Source of the DNA: Catajapyx aquilonaris
Taxonomy: Eukaryota
DNA: 64,000 nucleotides
Direction of reading: 5' to 3'
Assembly (NCBI GenBank): GCA_000934665.2
Contig: JYFJ02001358.1
Location: 1-64,000, forward strand
Position 1 is the stretch's first letter, and each line of letters opens with the position of its first letter. A program made the position numbers and the translations under genes. This document shows positions 63,496-64,000 of the stretch, piece by piece. The notes beneath the pieces were generated by a model. That model made no database searches, was not told the origin of the DNA, and was given only the letters and a program-made list of their open reading frames with translations.

Positions 63496-64000
63496 CTTGG
63501 ATTACAGCACGCGGGGGGGGGCCGGGAATAGCGTCGCAGCTCAATTGGAAGTTTACACGGTCCAGTCGCGGTGGGGGCTACAGACCAATCAGGTGTGGGG
63601 CTGGTCCGATGGGACCAATGGGAGCGCGAGGGAGGCCAGCACGCAGGCGCAGTGAGGAGGACGTGGAAGGATTCAAAAAAAAAAAAAAAAAGGCGCCAGG
63701 TTTGAACTAGTGCATTCGAATAACAATGAGGTCAATTAATAACCCACCTTATTAATTTCCATGCGCCGTGGGCGATAACGAATTGCCATACATTTTGGCT
63801 GCTGCTCGGCGTTCGAACCTGATGTGACTTGCACCTCGACTTGCACTCACTGGCTGGCTTTCCAAACTGATGGGATCACCCTCTGTAAGTGATGTAGTGT
63901 TATCTAGTAGACTCGAGCTGGGTGGAGTGTTCATTTCCGATGGGTGTCTGAGGAATGCGTTGAGTGCATATGGCACACGGTAATGATAAGCAGAGTGCAC

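Overview
Eukaryotic, arthropod-like genomic DNA (cuticle protein genes, many 55-90 nt GT-AG introns, GC-rich exons), not prokaryotic. I spliced 15 protein-coding genes by hand: NUDT18 (partial), NDUFV1, an ANKRD26-like gene, a nested CFAP97-domain/degenerate cyclophilin fusion, a 15-domain thioredoxin-fold hulk/l(2)01289-like gene, two cuticle proteins, COQ3, ARMC2, a SENP6/7 SUMO protease, a nested Kazal inhibitor, myophilin, mRpS6, ATP5PO, bves/POPDC and ashwin. There are also three MITE-like elements and several microsatellites. Most notable are two antisense nested genes (one a probable ciliary pseudo-isomerase inside a probable centriolar gene), alternative C-termini and micro-exons in the thioredoxin gene, a GC-AG intron and possible internal promoter in the SENP gene, YY1 motifs over start codons, and apparent conserved linkage with human 6q and 21q22. 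All family calls come from recalled motifs, not database searches. I found no clearly new biological system.
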